A model generated the notes under the pieces. It saw only the letters and a program-made list of their open reading frames with translations. It searched no databases and was not told the origin of the DNA. A stretch of DNA of 64,000 nucleotides, taken from the NCBI RefSeq assembly GCF_009914755.1, contig NC_060932.1, one strand, 5' to 3'. Shown here piece by piece: positions 61,237 to 64,000 of this stretch. Origin of the DNA: the human T2T-CHM13v2.0 reference genome, Homo sapiens. Every line of letters starts with the position of its first letter. Position 1 is the stretch's first letter. The position numbers and the translations under genes were made by a program.

Positions 61237-62599
61237 CATTGCCTTTAGCAAGCCATGTTGCCTGGCTCCAACACCCAGGATCTAGGTGCCATACTGCCAG
61301 TGCCATCTTGCTGCATTGTGTAGAGGTTACTGAATTGGCCAGGACATGCGTGGAGTCACATTGCAACTAAGTGGATGATGATGACTGGGCTGTGGGCATG
61401 GGCAATGTTTGAAGGCCTGAGAAGGCCTAGACAGAGTAGGACAGAACATAGCCACTTTTTTCTTTATGGAGAACTTAGAGCAATAGTTTTCATGCATAGC
61501 CCCCCTCCCTAAGACAAACTTACATAGTACCCATGATGATTCCCACCTCACAAATGAGAAAACTGAGGCTCTACAGGATTGGGCCAATGTCCAAAGTTAC
61601 CCAGAAAGAATTGGTAAGCTAGGATTCAAGTGAAGATATGTAACATTCCAAAGCCCTGGCTCTCAGTGACTAAGGTCTAAGACCACCCAGATAGTTTTGT
61701 GTTATAAATCCTACCTTCCCTTCAACAGTCCTTCATTGCCATTTGCCTGAACTTGAGCTACTTGACTGAACTTTTCCTTAGGATGAGTTCTTTCCCAGAA
61801 ATGTCTAATGAATACTATTTCATGCAAATTGATCTCAGGTCCTCCAAAGATGATTGGAGAGTTGTGGATCTTTACACAGGGACACTGCTCAGCAAAGAGG
61901 CTATCATCACTTAAGACTGTCATTCATGCTCATCAGCGTGACCACACATTGAAATTAGTGTAATTTTAGCTAATACTAAAGAACCTTGAAATTTAATTAG
62001 TATGTGCAACCTAATCATTGATAAATGTGTTGGACTTTTGAAATATTTAAAATAGCTCAAATCTCCTATTATTACTTTGACAGACATTTAAGAACCAAAA
62101 TAATCCATGATAAGAAACAATGCTCTATTTAAAGCTAATCGTTTTAAATTTGCAATTGTCCCAATAGAAAACTTTGCTTAGAATTGAACTCCACATCCCA
62201 ATCCTAGAATAAAGAACCTAATGTATTCTGTAAAATTACCACAAGGCTCAAGATTCACAATAAAATTATATTGAGCAAATTGTGAGTGTGTGCAGCATTG
62301 AATCAAGTAGATGAATGATAAACTTCTTACTAAATTAATCAATAAGTGGGCCCCTCTTTAAAACTCTGAGAAAATACGAGATTGACTGGGTTTTCCATCT
62401 CATCATGTCAGTTCTATCATAAGACTTTTTATTATGTTTTATTTTTACTGAATAAAATTTCATACCCTTAGTAAGGACAGAAGGATGCTTGTGGCTTGGT
62501 TTCTACCTAGTTCTCCAGTTTTGTCTCCTGTATTTCCTTTTTTCCTTATTCAATGAACCAATATTGATTAACTGCCTAGTGGGCTAGAGATATAAAGAC

Positions 62600-63200
62600 A
62601 AGCAAGACAGTCACCTGAGTGTTCCTCTTAGCTGTGCCTTTCTTGATACACCATACCTGTGGTTCCCAGAATATGCAGCTTGTTGTAGACTTGTCTGCCC
62701 TTGCGTGTGCCTCCCTGCTGTACTCCTCTCACTTCTCCATTCCCATCGTTCTGGTGACTTCTCAGCCTCAATATTGCTGCTTCTGTAAAGACTTTCTTGA
62801 ATTCCATTCCTCCAGCTCCAGCAGCTTACCTTCCCCGGGCATTGCCTCCTTTGTGCATGACTGTACATCAGCATTTACCACATTTCTATAAGTGACTTCT
62901 ACTGGCCTTCAAACTCATCTCATGCCATGCTCTCCACTCAATCCATACCGGCCTCCTTCATTTCTCTAATGCGCCAAGTTCTTCATGGCCTCAGATCACC
63001 TACACATGCTGCTTCCCTGGACTGGACAGTTCTTCCCCCGCATTGCACTTACTCTAACTCACCTTTCAGGTCTCAGCTTAAATGTCACTTCTTCAGAAAG
63101 TCCTTCAGTGACTACCTAGTCTTATGCAAGTCCCCACTGTTATAGCTTCCATGACACCTTTTGCTTAATTCACAGTACTTACCACGATTTTAATTCATTT
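62600..63200 (+). mobile_element. L2 3' fragment
   Basis: 'cctttcaggtctcagcttaaatgtcacttcttcagaaagtccttc'. Confidence 0.6.
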
Positions 63201-63209
63201 TTGTGTTTT

Positions 63210-64000
63210 TCATTCATCTATTTATTCCACGAATATTTATTAAGCACATATCATGTGCCATGCACAACTCTAAAGGTGGGATATTGTGGAGCAACTATCT
63301 TCTCAGCTATGAGGAGAGATAGATAATGAACATATACAGAGATAAATAAATTAAATAATTTTAAGCAATGATAAATGTAATTGAGAGGATAATATAGGGT
63401 GATATTTCTGAGAGTAACCAGGAAGAGGATACTATTTTAGTTCAGAGAAGAAGTGAGCCAGGCAGAAATGAGGGGAGCTATTCCAAGTAGACAATGTCAT
63501 GAGCAAAGCCCAGGGATAGGAATGAGTTTGAAATGTTCAAGGGACAAAAGAAAGTTCAGTGTTTATGGACAATGGTGAATGAGCAGGGACAGAAGGGAGA
63601 GTGAGGACATCGAAGTCAGCAGTCAAGATCAAGTCATGTCAGGTCATACAGATCATGATCATAAGTCTGGATTTTATTCTGGGAACAGTGAGAGCTCTGG
63701 CAGATTTAAAGGAGGGGGATAGCTTACACTTTAGAAAAATTACTCTGACTGCAAGTAAAGACTGGACTATTAAAAGTGAGTTCAGGCAATCCAGATATGA
63801 AGCTATTTCAGGAGCTCGGCAAGGAGAGACAGTGTCTTGGACTGTCACAGCAGTGAGATGGTGAAAAGTGGTTGGATTTGGGATCTATTGGAGACATAAT
63901 TGATAAGATTTATTGATGGATTGAATGGGGGTTATAAGAAATGAGACAAATCAAGGTTTTTAGGTTTTTTGCCTGGGAAGCAGGGTGTATTGTGGTACTC
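63210..64000 (-). mobile_element. L2 3' fragment, antisense
   Basis: 'cattcatc...atatttattaagcac' tail; 'ggcagatttaaagga...ttagaaaaattactctgactgc'. Confidence 0.6.

Overview
Human (SVA_F1 is human-specific), repeat-rich, apparently gene-free 64 kb. I found no credible cellular CDS or RNA gene; nearly all track ORFs are Alu, L1, LTR or VNTR artefacts. The centrepiece is a nested retroelement stack. An old L1M is interrupted by a full-length L1PA2-like element (36789-46242) and by a complete MSTB-like provirus (47071-49647). The L1PA2 is itself split in ORF2 by a 3.4-kb composite insertion (40645-44043, 16-bp TSD) with the structure: AluJ right arm + poly(A), MAST2 exon 1 spliced to SVA (SVA_F1), VNTR, SINE-R, poly(A), ~770-bp 3' transduction, short A-tail. 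The most unusual observation is that the last ~300 nt of the transduced RNA are an antisense old-L1 fragment complementary (~80% in hand-aligned blocks) to the same ORF2 segment that brackets the insertion site. This hints at RNA-homology/R-loop-assisted target selection during TPRT, but it is a single event and coincidence is not excluded. Subfamily calls are from memory of consensus sequences, not a database search.
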